Assembly: GCA_965215185.1 (NCBI GenBank)
Contig: OZ244034.1
Span: forward strand, 3,008,001 to 3,072,000
Direction: 5' to 3'
Source of the DNA: Acidimicrobiia bacterium
GTDB lineage: Bacteria > Actinomycetota > Acidimicrobiia > Spongiisociales > ZC4RG35
DNA: 64,000 nucleotides
The notes beneath the pieces are model-generated. The model saw only the letters and a list, made by a program, of their open reading frames with translations. It did not search any database and was not told the DNA's origin. Position numbers and translations under genes: made by a program. Numbering within the stretch: the stretch's first letter is position 1; each line of letters begins with the position of its first letter. Shown here piece by piece: positions 28,718 through 38,224 of this stretch.

Positions 28718-29611
28718 GTGACCATCCTCCGGCAGGCGGCTCGCCTGCAGGAGGATGGGCGGGCCTTCGCGCTGGCGACCGTCACCTGGTCACGCGGGCC
28801 GTCGTCCGGCAAGGGCGGATCGAAGGCGATCATCCACCCGGACGGCCGGGTGGAAGGCTGGTTGGGAGGTGCCTGTGCAGCCCCGACCGTGGTTCGTCAC
28901 GCTCTGGAGGCCCTCGGCGACGGCTCGGCACGGGTGCTGATGCTGGGCGAAGGTGACCTCCGGCCGGGTGTGACGGACGTGGCGATGGCCTGTGACAGCG
29001 AAGGCGCGATGGAGGTGTTCGTGGATCCGATCCTGCCGTCTCCCCACCTGATGGTCGTCGGGACCTCACCGATGACGGACACCTTGAGACGGATCGCCGA
29101 AGCGGTCGGGTGGCGGGCCGAAGTGGTCACCGAAGTCGGGGACATCGGCGGGGCCGGCAAACGCTCCTACATCGTGGTGGCCACCCAGGGTCACTTCGAC
29201 GAGCCCGCTCTGGAAGCGGCCCTCGCCACTCCGGCGGCGTATGTGGGTCTGGTGGCTTCCCAGAAGCGAGCATCGTCGGTGATCGCCTGGCTGCGGGAAC
29301 GGGGGGTGTGTGAAGGGGCGCTGACGAGGGTGCATGCCCCGGCGGGTATGGATCTCGGTTCGACCACCCACGAGGAGATCGCCGTCTCGGTGATGGCCGA
29401 GTTGGTGGCCTTCAAGGCGGCCGGAGCGGGAGCCCAGGTGGTGGACGTAGAGATGCCGCCCCATGTGGTAGACCCGGTGTGCGGCATGTCGGTGGACATC
29501 GCCGCGGCGCGTTTTGTCAGCCACTACGCCGGAGCCGAGGTCTACTTCTGCGCCGCGGGCTGTCAACGAGCCTTCGAATCCGATCCGTCGGCCTACGGAA
29601 GGCCTCGTTAG
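28718..29611 (+). CDS. XdhC/CoxI family maturation protein with C-terminal YHS domain
   Basis: GWLGGAC, YVGLVAS, PAGMDLG, EIAVS; DPVCGM...YFCAAGC. Confidence 0.88.
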   Translation: MTILRQAARLQEDGRAFALATVTWSRGPSSGKGGSKAIIHPDGRVEGWLGGACAAPTVVRHALEALGDGSARVLMLGEGDLRPGVTDVAMACDSEGAMEVFVDPILPSPHLMVVGTSPMTDTLRRIAEAVGWRAEVVTEVGDIGGAGKRSYIVVATQGHFDEPALEAALATPAAYVGLVASQKRASSVIAWLRERGVCEGALTRVHAPAGMDLGSTTHEEIAVSVMAELVAFKAAGAGAQVVDVEMPPHVVDPVCGMSVDIAAARFVSHYAGAEVYFCAAGCQRAFESDPSAYGRPR

Positions 29612-29666
29612 GGACCGATCCGATCCTTGACTCTCTCCAGCCGTACAGGCAACGCAAGGTTGTCAC

Positions 29667-30023
29667 CTACAGCCACCAGACCCAGGACTCTCCGGTAATG
29701 GGTGGACAGGCGACGAACTTTGACAGCGCAGCGATGACATTGCCGGGATAGGCGAGCGAGGCCCGGTTGAACCGGGTCGGGTTGGTGAAGATCACCCCCG
29801 CGTGGGCTGTGCCCGCGCTCGCCCGGCGAGTCATGAGAAGCGAGAAGACCCCTAGGTTCTCGGTAACCAGCACTCGGTCGGTGGCGGCGGCGTGGTCCAG
29901 CAGATCCGCGTCACTCAGTCCCCGCAGGGATGGTTCACCCGCCACGGCGATGACATCGATACCCTTCTCGGAGAGCGCCCCGCCAATGGTCGGCGAGTGC
30001 ATCTCATCGAGCAGGAGCCTCAC
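29667..30023 (-). CDS. PIN-like toxin (DUF5615 type)
   Basis: MRLLLDEM, SDADLL, RVLVTEN. Confidence 0.85.
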   Translation of the reverse strand: MRLLLDEMHSPTIGGALSEKGIDVIAVAGEPSLRGLSDADLLDHAAATDRVLVTENLGVFSLLMTRRASAGTAHAGVIFTNPTRFNRASLAYPGNVIAALSKFVACPPITGESWVWWL

Positions 30024-30442
30024 TTCCTGAGTAACGCCTGCCGGCGGGCCCAGGCAGCCTCGGCTTCGTCGGCGGCCCGCGCCCTTTCAGCGAGTTCGGC
30101 ATCGATCTCGTCGGTGTAGTCCGCGTAGTAGGCGAGGCCTGCATCGACCATCGCAATGCTGACTGCCATCAAGTCGGCCGCTCGGGCTCTTCGCTGCTCG
30201 ACCGGAACGTCTCCGCCGACGATCGCGCCGATGACATCGGCCACTTCGGGCCCGCCGGCCAGCGCGGCCCGCCTCCCGGTCGGGCCCTCCCGGAAAACAA
30301 CGGCGGGGTGGGCGTCCATTCGCAGTCCCTCGTCGATCAGCCGTTCGGCGAGTGCCGAGACCGCCTGCCGGCGTGACGACGCTCGCGCTTTGAGACGGTG
30401 GTAGGCGGCATCGTTGGAGAATCGAATGGACACAACCGGCAT
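30020..30442 (-). CDS. Cognate antitoxin (RHH + DUF433-like)
   Basis: VSIRF, HPAVVFREGPTGRRAAL, YYADYTDEID; 4-bp overlap with the toxin. Confidence 0.8.
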   Translation of the reverse strand: MPVVSIRFSNDAAYHRLKARASSRRQAVSALAERLIDEGLRMDAHPAVVFREGPTGRRAALAGGPEVADVIGAIVGGDVPVEQRRARAADLMAVSIAMVDAGLAYYADYTDEIDAELAERARAADEAEAAWARRQALLRK

Positions 30443-30458
30443 GACTACAGTGTAGTCA
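30442..30458 (-). promoter_or_regulatory. Palindromic operator overlapping the -10 of a leaderless TA transcript
   Basis: TGACTACA-G-TGTAGTCA perfect IR; TACACT lies 6 nt before the ATG on the minus strand. Confidence 0.7.
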
Positions 30459-30485
30459 GTTGTATTCACACCCTTGAAGGTCGAT

Positions 30486-30965
30486 TCAGCCCTTCCCGAC
30501 CTCTCCGGCCAGCACTTCTTCTAACGAGAGCGGCGTGGCATGTTCTCGGGCCAGTCGGCGAGTTGGATAAGCGTCCCGTGGGCGCTGGACGGATAGATGG
30601 ATCACTCGCTCCAGACACCCGGATCGTCGTAGAGCCCGACCACCTTCAGCCCGCCGGGCGGCGTCGCTCACCGACGACACCTTGAAGGTGAGGTGGTGCA
30701 CGCCCTCGCCTCTCGACTGAAGGAACCGCCGGAGGAAGCAATCGTCCGAGACGGGGGCGAGGGCTTCGATCTTGGCGCCGCCCGGCAGCCGGTAGTGGAT
30801 CCACCTGAAACCCTGCCTGGCGTTGTCGGCCCCCGTGATGAAGGTACCTCCCAGTAGCTGGAATAGCCGAGCCGCCGCCCGGAGGTTGTGCACTCCCGGG
30901 GCGACGTGGTCGAGGTAGTCGATCAGATCGGTCAGCGGTTCCAGGTGTTCGGGAAGGTCGAGCAT
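30486..30965 (-). pseudogene. Degraded VOC/methylmalonyl-CoA-epimerase-like gene
   Basis: LDHVA, KIEAL, GEGVHHLTF; C-terminus (WSE*...HGTLIQLA) is out of frame with a stop. Confidence 0.7.
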
Positions 30966-31079
30966 GGTTCCAACATCTCCGGGATGGCGCGAGAATCCGA
31001 CGCCCCCGCGTCGGGAGGCACCGGATCTCACTGTCTGTCGGGTCCGACCGACCGGGCGGCCGGACGATATTTTCTGTCT

Positions 31080-31264
31080 AGCTACTGGCGGGCATACCCT
31101 CGGTTGGGCCGATGTGCCTCTCGTAGACCTCGTCGAGCCCCCTGCGATGTCGGCTATGTACACTGTGTCCCCGCGCCTGGCCAACCGCTCGGCGATGCCC
31201 CGTCCGATTCCTCTCGCGCCACCGGTTGCCAGAGCCCCGATAGGGCGACCCGCTACCCACTCAT
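31080..31264 (-). pseudogene. SDR N-terminal remnant
   Basis: ATGGARGIGRGIAERLARRGDTVYIADI then loss of similarity. Confidence 0.6.
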
Positions 31265-31311
31265 GGCCCCTCCGCCGGCAGCCGCAGTCATTAGCGCAGA
31301 GTGGTCAGCCG

Positions 31312-31920
31312 TCACCTGACCCCTTCCGTATCCAAACCCCGCTCGGTCAGCCAGGCGCCTCTGGGATGGCGGGCCGCCACCGAGAGATCGGCCGGCCGGT
31401 CGATATCGAGGGCGAACCCGAGCGAGGCGAGCACGACGGGAAGGTGGCCGCTGTGCAGATGGCGGTGGAAGCTGGCCACACCGTAGGAGAACGGGAAAGG
31501 GCCCGAACCGCCCAAGGCCGGGGTTCCCCCGTCGTACGAGAAGGCTACGACATGGCCGCCGGCTCGGACCGGCTCCAAAGCCCTGCCCACCTCTACCGCT
31601 GTGAGGCAGGGTAGGTCGGAGTGCAGGATCAACCACGGTCGACCCGCCGCGTAGCGGACGGCTTCTGCGGCTGCTCCGTCCAGACCCCCGCCCGGCGGAT
31701 CGGCCAGGACATGGAGGTTCCGGGTGGCCGCCCACTCCCTGACTTCGGGCGAGGATGAGACGATCAGCGGCGCCGGGCCCGCCCGCTCGACCACGCGGGC
31801 GGTGCGGGAGGCCAGGGCCCGGGCGAGGAGGGCCCGGGCCGTAGGATCCAGCGCGGCCGCCAGCCTCCGGAAGGCGTCCCGGAAGGATCGGATGGGCAGC
31901 GCGACCACCGGGTCCTGCAT
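31312..31920 (-). CDS. cofC: F420 biosynthesis guanylyltransferase CofC/FbiD
   Basis: HSDLP, DGGT, FSYGVASFHRH, LDIDRPADL. Confidence 0.8.
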   Translation of the reverse strand: MQDPVVALPIRSFRDAFRRLAAALDPTARALLARALASRTARVVERAGPAPLIVSSSPEVREWAATRNLHVLADPPGGGLDGAAAEAVRYAAGRPWLILHSDLPCLTAVEVGRALEPVRAGGHVVAFSYDGGTPALGGSGPFPFSYGVASFHRHLHSGHLPVVLASLGFALDIDRPADLSVAARHPRGAWLTERGLDTEGVR

Positions 31921-31928
31921 CCTTGACC

Positions 31929-33164
31929 CTACGCCCTCGTGGTCTGCGAATGCCCGAGTCGGGGCAGCGGCCGCTCGTCGATCGGTATGTGGATGACCGC
32001 CGCGGCGATGCTCAAGGCCACTCCCAACCACCAGACGGGATCGTAGGACCCTGTCCGGTCATAGATGTAGCCGCCCAACCAGACGCCCAGGAAGCTCCCG
32101 ACCTGGTGCGACACGAACACGACGCCGAAGAGTGTGGCCAGGTACCGGATGCCGAAGACCTGCCCGATTATCCCGGTCGTGAGCGGCACCGTGGACAGCC
32201 AGAGAACCCCTATGACCCCCGCGAACAGGAAGACGGTCACCTCCGTCTTGGGCGCCAGCAGCATCAGCGAGATCACCACCGCCCGGAGGGAGTAGATGCC
32301 GCTCAGGCCCCGCTTCTTGGACCAGCGCTGGCCGAAAGCTCCGCTGCCGAACGAACCGACGATGTTGAAGGCGCCGATCAACGCAATGGATATGGCACCG
32401 ACCGACGGCGCCAGTCCGACGTCCTGCACGAAGGCCGGGAAGTGGACGGTGATGAACGCCACGTGAAAGCCGCACACGAAGAAACCGCTGGTGAGCAACA
32501 CGAACCCGCGGTGGGTGCGCGCCTCGGTCAAGGCTTCGCCGAGGGTCTGGTCGGTGGTGCGCTCGCCACCGGCCGCCGTGCCGTTTGGCAGCGCGAAGGC
32601 GAGAGGGATGATCACCAGCAGGATGGCCGCCAGGAGGACCAGGGCGGTGTACCAGCCGAACGCGGTGATGAATCCCTGACCTATGGGTGAGAACAGAACC
32701 TGGCCGAGCGAACTGGCCGCCGTACCGAGTCCGAGTGCCAGCGAGCGCCGTTCGGGCCCCACCGCTCGGGCCATCGCCGCCAGGGCCAGCGAGAAGGCGG
32801 TGAAGGCCACCCCGAGACCCACCACGACCCCGGCGGTCAGCTGTAGCATCGCACCGCTGCTGGACGCCGCCATACCCCATGTGCCGAGGGCGTACACGAC
32901 CGTTCCGCCGGCCAGGACGTAGCGGGGGCCGTACCGGTCGGCGATCGCCCCGGCGACGGGCATCCCGATCCCCCACACGAGGTTCTGGATGGCGAGGGCA
33001 AGAGCGAAGGTCTCCCGGCTCCAGTCCTGGGCGACCGTCATCGGTGCCAGGAACAGTCCGAAGATCGAGCGCACCCCGAAGCCCACTGTGGCGATCAGAC
33101 AGCCGGCGACTATGACGATCACCGGCGTCCGCCAACGCTGCGGGCGCGTTCTCGAAACGGTCAT
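31929..33164 (-). CDS. MFS transporter
   Basis: About 12 hydrophobic segments, GAIADRYGPR, GFFVCGFHV. Confidence 0.93.
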   Translation of the reverse strand: MTVSRTRPQRWRTPVIVIVAGCLIATVGFGVRSIFGLFLAPMTVAQDWSRETFALALAIQNLVWGIGMPVAGAIADRYGPRYVLAGGTVVYALGTWGMAASSSGAMLQLTAGVVVGLGVAFTAFSLALAAMARAVGPERRSLALGLGTAASSLGQVLFSPIGQGFITAFGWYTALVLLAAILLVIIPLAFALPNGTAAGGERTTDQTLGEALTEARTHRGFVLLTSGFFVCGFHVAFITVHFPAFVQDVGLAPSVGAISIALIGAFNIVGSFGSGAFGQRWSKKRGLSGIYSLRAVVISLMLLAPKTEVTVFLFAGVIGVLWLSTVPLTTGIIGQVFGIRYLATLFGVVFVSHQVGSFLGVWLGGYIYDRTGSYDPVWWLGVALSIAAAVIHIPIDERPLPRLGHSQTTRA

Positions 33165-33678
33165 ACACTCTCTCGTCTGCCGGAAGGCCCCGTCGGAGCA
33201 GATCAGCGCAGGATGCTACTTCGCCATTGTGGCGGGGTCGGCGGCCGACGCTGTTGTTCACGACGGTTTGGCCGATATCGTCCCGGCGCTTGTGGGTGGA
33301 TGCAGGCAATTACACAATTTGCAGGCATTACTTTCGGATTGTGCAGATCCGGTATCGGGGCTGCTTCACACCGTAGGTTCGCCATCGGGATAGTGGCAAC
33401 GCTCAACGATCTGGCGCCGCGTGTGGCGACCGTCGTCGACGACTAACCCGGCTCTCGCATATTCAGCGTAGTTCTACGGACTCAAGAACCACTCGTCTTC
33501 CTCCAGGGTTGTTCGTGCCGAACACTTGTCACCTCGATTCTGCGACGGCGTGCCGGCATCGGCGGCTGCGGTGGACGAACACGTCTGCAATGTACATAAT
33601 CGATACGAACCGCTCCCTTCGAGTGGTCTGCTGTTAACGAGGAGGAGCTATGGCTCGATTCAGGGAACTCCTGATGGC

Positions 33679-34812
33679 ATGAGGGAAACTGCCGACGGCA
33701 GCGAGATCGGGGTCGCGATTGTTGGTGCCGGGTTTATGGGTGATACCCATGCGTATGGATATCGGCGGGTGCGTAGCCTGCGAGTCCCCCCGGCAGTCCT
33801 CCCCAACGTTCGCACGATTGTCGATATCGATGCGAGGGCGGCGCGGTCGTTGGCGGCGCGGTGGGGTGTGCCGGAGTGGTCAACGGATTGGGAGGGGGTG
33901 GTTGCGGACGACGGGATCGATTTGGTGGATGTCTGTACTACCCCCGATGTGCATCGGGAGATCGGTGTGGCTGCGGCCGGGGCGGGTAAGAGCGTCTACT
34001 GCGAGAAACCGGTCGGCCGGAACGTGGGGGAGACTGCGGCTTTGGCGGCTGCGATTCGGGATGGTGGTGGTTTCGGTTACGTGGGTTTCACGTATCGGTG
34101 GACACCGGCGGTTGTGCTGGCCAGGAGCCTCATCGCGGGGGGACGGATCGGTGAGATCCGTGAGATCCACTTCGGCTATCAGTCCTCGCCCTGGGCCGAC
34201 GAGGACCGTATCTGGACGTGGAGATTCGCAGCGGGTGTGGGTGGTGGGGGTGCGTTGGCTGATCAGGGGTCGCATGCGTTCGACATGGCCCGGTTCCTGG
34301 TGGGGGAGGTGTCCCGGGTTTCGGGTTACACGCGCATAGCCGTCCCGCTGCGGCCGGATCCTGAAGGGATGGTGCCTGGTGCTATGCGCGACGTCGAGAA
34401 CGACGACCAGTGGGCGGCGTTTGTGGAGTTCAGGAACGGGGCCTATGGGACTCTGCATGGAAGCCGGGTCGCTCACGGCACCGCGACCGAGTTCGGGTTC
34501 GAGGCCTACGGTGCGTTGGGGGCGCTTCGGTGGAACATTCAGAGGATGAACGAGTTGGAGATCTACGAGACCTGCGATGATGCTCTGGACGGTTTTCGTA
34601 CGGTCCGTATCGGTCCTGAGCATCCGATTCACGGCGACTACGTTCCCCGGCGGGGCCATTCGGTGGGTTTCAACGACTTGAAAGCGATTGAGATCGCTGG
34701 GTTGTTGACGGCGCTGGCTGAGGGGAGATCCCCGGAGCCGAGCATGGAGGATGCTCTCTCGGTTGCTCGGATCGTCGATGCTGTGCCACTGCGGCAATGG
34801 GTGGATCTGTAA
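33679..34812 (+). CDS. Gfo/Idh/MocA oxidoreductase, copy 1
   Basis: IVGAGFMG, CEKP, GGALADQGSH. Confidence 0.93.
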   Translation: MRETADGSEIGVAIVGAGFMGDTHAYGYRRVRSLRVPPAVLPNVRTIVDIDARAARSLAARWGVPEWSTDWEGVVADDGIDLVDVCTTPDVHREIGVAAAGAGKSVYCEKPVGRNVGETAALAAAIRDGGGFGYVGFTYRWTPAVVLARSLIAGGRIGEIREIHFGYQSSPWADEDRIWTWRFAAGVGGGGALADQGSHAFDMARFLVGEVSRVSGYTRIAVPLRPDPEGMVPGAMRDVENDDQWAAFVEFRNGAYGTLHGSRVAHGTATEFGFEAYGALGALRWNIQRMNELEIYETCDDALDGFRTVRIGPEHPIHGDYVPRRGHSVGFNDLKAIEIAGLLTALAEGRSPEPSMEDALSVARIVDAVPLRQWVDL

Positions 34813-34838
34813 ATGGACACCAGCTAGGGAGCGACGCT

Positions 34839-35201
34839 ATGACAAGGTTATCCTCGATGGTCGGTTCAATGGCGGGGCCGGTTTCCCCTGACGACTTGGC
34901 AACTTTCCAACGGGCCGGTGTGGCGACGACGGTGGACGGAATCAATCGTCTTGGTTTCCCGGTGTGGGCTACTTCGGTTCGGCCTTTCGGTGCCGGCAAG
35001 GAGGCTATTGGTAGTGTCGGTAGGCCGGTGATGCGTGCTGGGGTCAACGTGTCACCTGGCGACGTTGTCGTTGTTGCAGCGGCCGCGCCGGTCCGCACCG
35101 AACGCGAGGTTGGTTTACGTTTGGCTGCCGAGGGCGGCACGATGCCGGGGAGGGTCGCGGGACATCTCGACGGTATCGACTTCGATACCGGCAGCGGGTA
35201 G
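34839..35201 (+). pseudogene. RraA/HMG-aldolase with two in-frame deletions (279 and 48 bp)
   Basis: Compared with 44375..45064 it lacks WGEM, GSARD and ADGDGVV. Confidence 0.85.
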
Positions 35202-35317
35202 CGGCCAGGAGGTTTCTCCGGCTCTTATTGCGAGCCCTTTCAGGGGCGACTGGGGTCGTTTTGGTCTATGGTTGATTCATCGGTTCGGCGATAAACGTCC
35301 GGACGGAGGAGGATGCT

Positions 35318-37039
35318 ATGAAGAGGCAATCGCGTATCCGAGTGATCTTTGCGTTAGTTCTGGCTTTTGCTTTGGTGGCCGCCGCTTGCGGTGGCGACGA
35401 GGAGCCCGCTACGACCACGGCGGCACCAGCCCCGGCACCTACTGAGGCTCCCGCATCCACTGAGGCGCCGGCATCCACTGAGGCGCCGGCATCCACTGAG
35501 GCGCCCGCATCCACGCCGGATACGACCACTGCGCCGACTCCTGCTCCTCCCGAAGCGCCGGTTCGGCTCCCACTGCTGACTGTGGCGGTTGGAATGGAGG
35601 ATTCGACACTCGCAAGCTGGTGGGGTTTTCAGCCTGAGCGCGGAATGGTGCTCAGACAGATTCATGAACCACTTGTCGATCGCGACCCCGTGACCAACGA
35701 GTTCATACCGATGCTGGCAACCGGTTGGGAACAGCTCGATGACGAAACGTGGGAATTCGAACTCCGACAGGGTGTCACTTTCCACGATGGTTCGCTGTTC
35801 GATGCTGAGGCGGCTGCCTTTGCCCTGAACTATCTCTTTTCCCCGGAAAACGAGTTGCAGAGCTGGCAGCGACACCGCACCGAGATCGAGGCGACCGTGA
35901 TCGGCGACTCCAAGATCCGGGTGACCACCGTCGGACTCGTGCCGTTGTTCCTCCAATGGATCTATGAGAACGGCATCCCATCGATGCGTCAGATCCTGGA
36001 AGAACCGGAGCTGTACGAGTCCGTACCGATCGGCACCGGGGCCTACAAGTTCGTGAAGTGGGAACGTGGTATTTCCATAGAGCTTGCAGCCAACGAGGAT
36101 TGGTGGGGGCCGAGCGCAGACGACTCCCCCGGTCAAATCAACTTCGACACCGTCATTGTCCTCATTCGTCCCGAGCCACGGACCAGGATCGCGGCGGTGG
36201 AGGCGGATGAGATGGATGTTGCCTGGGACGTGCCATTCGAGGAGTGCCAAGCGCAGCTCGGAGCGAGTTGCATCACCGCTCCCGGGGACAACGTGGTCAA
36301 CGTGCGGTTCGACTCGCAACATCCTGTGATGTCTGATCCTCGCATCAAGGAAGCGATGGCACTCGCGCTTGATAAGGAGGCAATCGGTCTGCGCCTGTGG
36401 GGGTCTCCACCCATCGGTTCGATGGACGTGCCCGGTGCCTTCGGCTATAACCCGGATCTGGAACCCTGGCCCTACGACCCGGAGAGGGCCAAGGCTCTCG
36501 TCGAGGAGGCGCGCGCAGATGGGGTTCCGGTTGATATGGAACTGCGTGTGAGCGGCCGCGCGGCCTTTTTCGCCTCGGTAGAGGAACTCACCGAAATCGT
36601 CCACTTCAGTCTGCAGGAGATCGGCCTGAACGTGGCGTTCGAGATGCTGGAGACGCCCGAGCATGTCCCGCTCTTCATCGAGCGGGCTGAGAACCTGTCA
36701 CCGGAGCGCAACTATCTCTTCGTCTCGAGACGGGGCGGCGGAGGTGCGTTCGACTCGAGAAAGTTTGCCGATACCTGGTATCTGTCCACAGGGTGTTGTG
36801 GCGTCGAGCCACATGCGGACGTTGACCAGATCATCCAGACAATCAACGACTCTCGTGATCGCGCCGAGCAGGATCGGCTGCTCCAGGAGCTTCACCGGAT
36901 GTTCCGATACGACATGGAGAAGGTCTTCTACATTCCGATCACCCAACTCAGCAAGTTCCACGGGGTCGCTGCGCATCTCGAGTGGACCCCTCGGCCGGAC
37001 AGCCAGATGCTTTTCCGGGAGATCGTTGTCCGCCCGTAG
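35318..37039 (+). CDS. ABC transporter substrate-binding lipoprotein, family 5 (Dpp/Opp)
   Basis: Lipobox AAAC, LRQGVTFHDG, PIGTGAY, YDPERAKAL. Confidence 0.94.
   Translation: MKRQSRIRVIFALVLAFALVAAACGGDEEPATTTAAPAPAPTEAPASTEAPASTEAPASTEAPASTPDTTTAPTPAPPEAPVRLPLLTVAVGMEDSTLASWWGFQPERGMVLRQIHEPLVDRDPVTNEFIPMLATGWEQLDDETWEFELRQGVTFHDGSLFDAEAAAFALNYLFSPENELQSWQRHRTEIEATVIGDSKIRVTTVGLVPLFLQWIYENGIPSMRQILEEPELYESVPIGTGAYKFVKWERGISIELAANEDWWGPSADDSPGQINFDTVIVLIRPEPRTRIAAVEADEMDVAWDVPFEECQAQLGASCITAPGDNVVNVRFDSQHPVMSDPRIKEAMALALDKEAIGLRLWGSPPIGSMDVPGAFGYNPDLEPWPYDPERAKALVEEARADGVPVDMELRVSGRAAFFASVEELTEIVHFSLQEIGLNVAFEMLETPEHVPLFIERAENLSPERNYLFVSRRGGGGAFDSRKFADTWYLSTGCCGVEPHADVDQIIQTINDSRDRAEQDRLLQELHRMFRYDMEKVFYIPITQLSKFHGVAAHLEWTPRPDSQMLFREIVVRP
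35441..35512 (+). repeat. 18-bp tandem repeat x4 encoding a TEAPAS linker
   Basis: ACTGAGGC(T/G)CC(C/G)GCATCC four times. Confidence 0.95.
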
Positions 37040-37296
37040 TAGAACTGAGAGAAGTGGTTGGTGCTCTCGGTCGACGAGTTGACCCTGGTACCCGGCGGTC
37101 GTAACGGCCGACGCTCTCAGCGAAAGGAGTGTCGGTCGGTGACGAGAGCCGACCCGAAAGGGGAACGGTCGCATCGTGGCAGCAACAGGCATGTTGACGG
37201 CGTGTCCCCCGGCCGGTCGGTGCGACGGTGCCACTGTGGGCTGCCAGTCCGAAGTGATCCGCTCTGGTGGTACGCCTGCTTAGCTGATCGCTAGAA

Positions 37297-38214
37297 GTGG
37301 CTTGGCTCCGCCCATTCGGCCGGCGGACGCTCCAGTCCGGGGTGGGTCTCCTCTTCCTCATTCTCTTTGTCTTCGTTGTAGGCAGACTGCTTGGAGATCC
37401 CGTAGATCTCATTCTCCCCGAAGTAGCGCCGCAGGAGTCTCGAGATGCCCTGAGGGCGAGCCTGGGTCTTGACAAACCGATCTACGAGCAGGTGTGGGAG
37501 TACGCAGGGAGGCTGGCTCGCGGCGAGTTCGGCGATTCCTACTGGCAGAAACGGCCCGCCAGTGAGGTCATCCTGGAGCGCGTGCCGAGAACGCTTTACC
37601 TTGCAGGCGTGTCAGTTGCGTTGGCCGGAATCGGAGGGATCGGTTTGGGCCTCGTCGCCGCAGTGCGCCCTAATACGTGGCTTGACAAGTTGATCCGTTT
37701 GTGGAGTGTCGCTGGTATTTCGATTGTGGGTTTCTGGCTGGGATTGATGTTGATCCTGGTGTTGAGCGTAGAGTTGAGGCTCTTTCCGACAGGTGGCTAT
37801 GGGGGGTTACATCACGTTGTCTTGCCCGCAGTGACGTTGGCTTTTCGATCTGCGGGACAGGTTGCACAAATGACCCGAGTGACGGTGCTCGGTGAGTACA
37901 CAAAGCCATACATTGCAGCGATGCGCTTGCGCGGTTACTCGGAAGCCCGAATCCTTGGACACGCGCTCCGCAATGCCGCGGCCCCGGTGATAACCATCTG
38001 GGGCGACGAGGCGGCCAATCAGGCGAACGGTGCCGTGGTGGTCGAGGCGGTATTTGCCTGGCCAGGTCTCGGTCTCTTGGTGATTCAGGCTCTGACCCAG
38101 CGGGATCTCGTATTGGTTGAAGCCGGCGTCTTCACGATGGGGCTCATCATCGTCCTGGTGAACGCATTGGTCGATGCCCTTTACGGTCGCCTGAACCCCC
38201 GGCTTAGAACGTGA
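37297..38214 (+). CDS. ABC permease, DppB-like
   Basis: LGLDKP, GDSYW, HALRNA, VEAVFAWPGLG. Confidence 0.93.
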   Translation: MAWLRPFGRRTLQSGVGLLFLILFVFVVGRLLGDPVDLILPEVAPQESRDALRASLGLDKPIYEQVWEYAGRLARGEFGDSYWQKRPASEVILERVPRTLYLAGVSVALAGIGGIGLGLVAAVRPNTWLDKLIRLWSVAGISIVGFWLGLMLILVLSVELRLFPTGGYGGLHHVVLPAVTLAFRSAGQVAQMTRVTVLGEYTKPYIAAMRLRGYSEARILGHALRNAAAPVITIWGDEAANQANGAVVVEAVFAWPGLGLLVIQALTQRDLVLVEAGVFTMGLIIVLVNALVDALYGRLNPRLRT

Positions 38215-38224
38215 GAGGGAAGGT

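Larger units (their letters stand above)
33679..35450 (+). repeat. Direct repeat copy 1 (oxidoreductase - RraA - intergenic - signal peptide)
   Basis: Aligns with 43215-45318; about 34393-34933 appears identical to 43929-44469. Confidence 0.92.

Noticed and set aside
30560-30610. In-frame TGA in the VOC remnant as selenocysteine
   Set aside because: The gene is also frameshifted and the position is not a known catalytic Cys; decay is simpler
35441-35512. Tandem repeat as a possible CRISPR array
   Set aside because: No spacers, in-frame 18-mers encoding a linker, no cas genes
37095-37170. Hairpins after the SBP genes (also 46470-46525) as novel ncRNAs or riboswitches
   Set aside because: Stem-loops after SBP genes are common mRNA stability elements; no riboswitch consensus recognised
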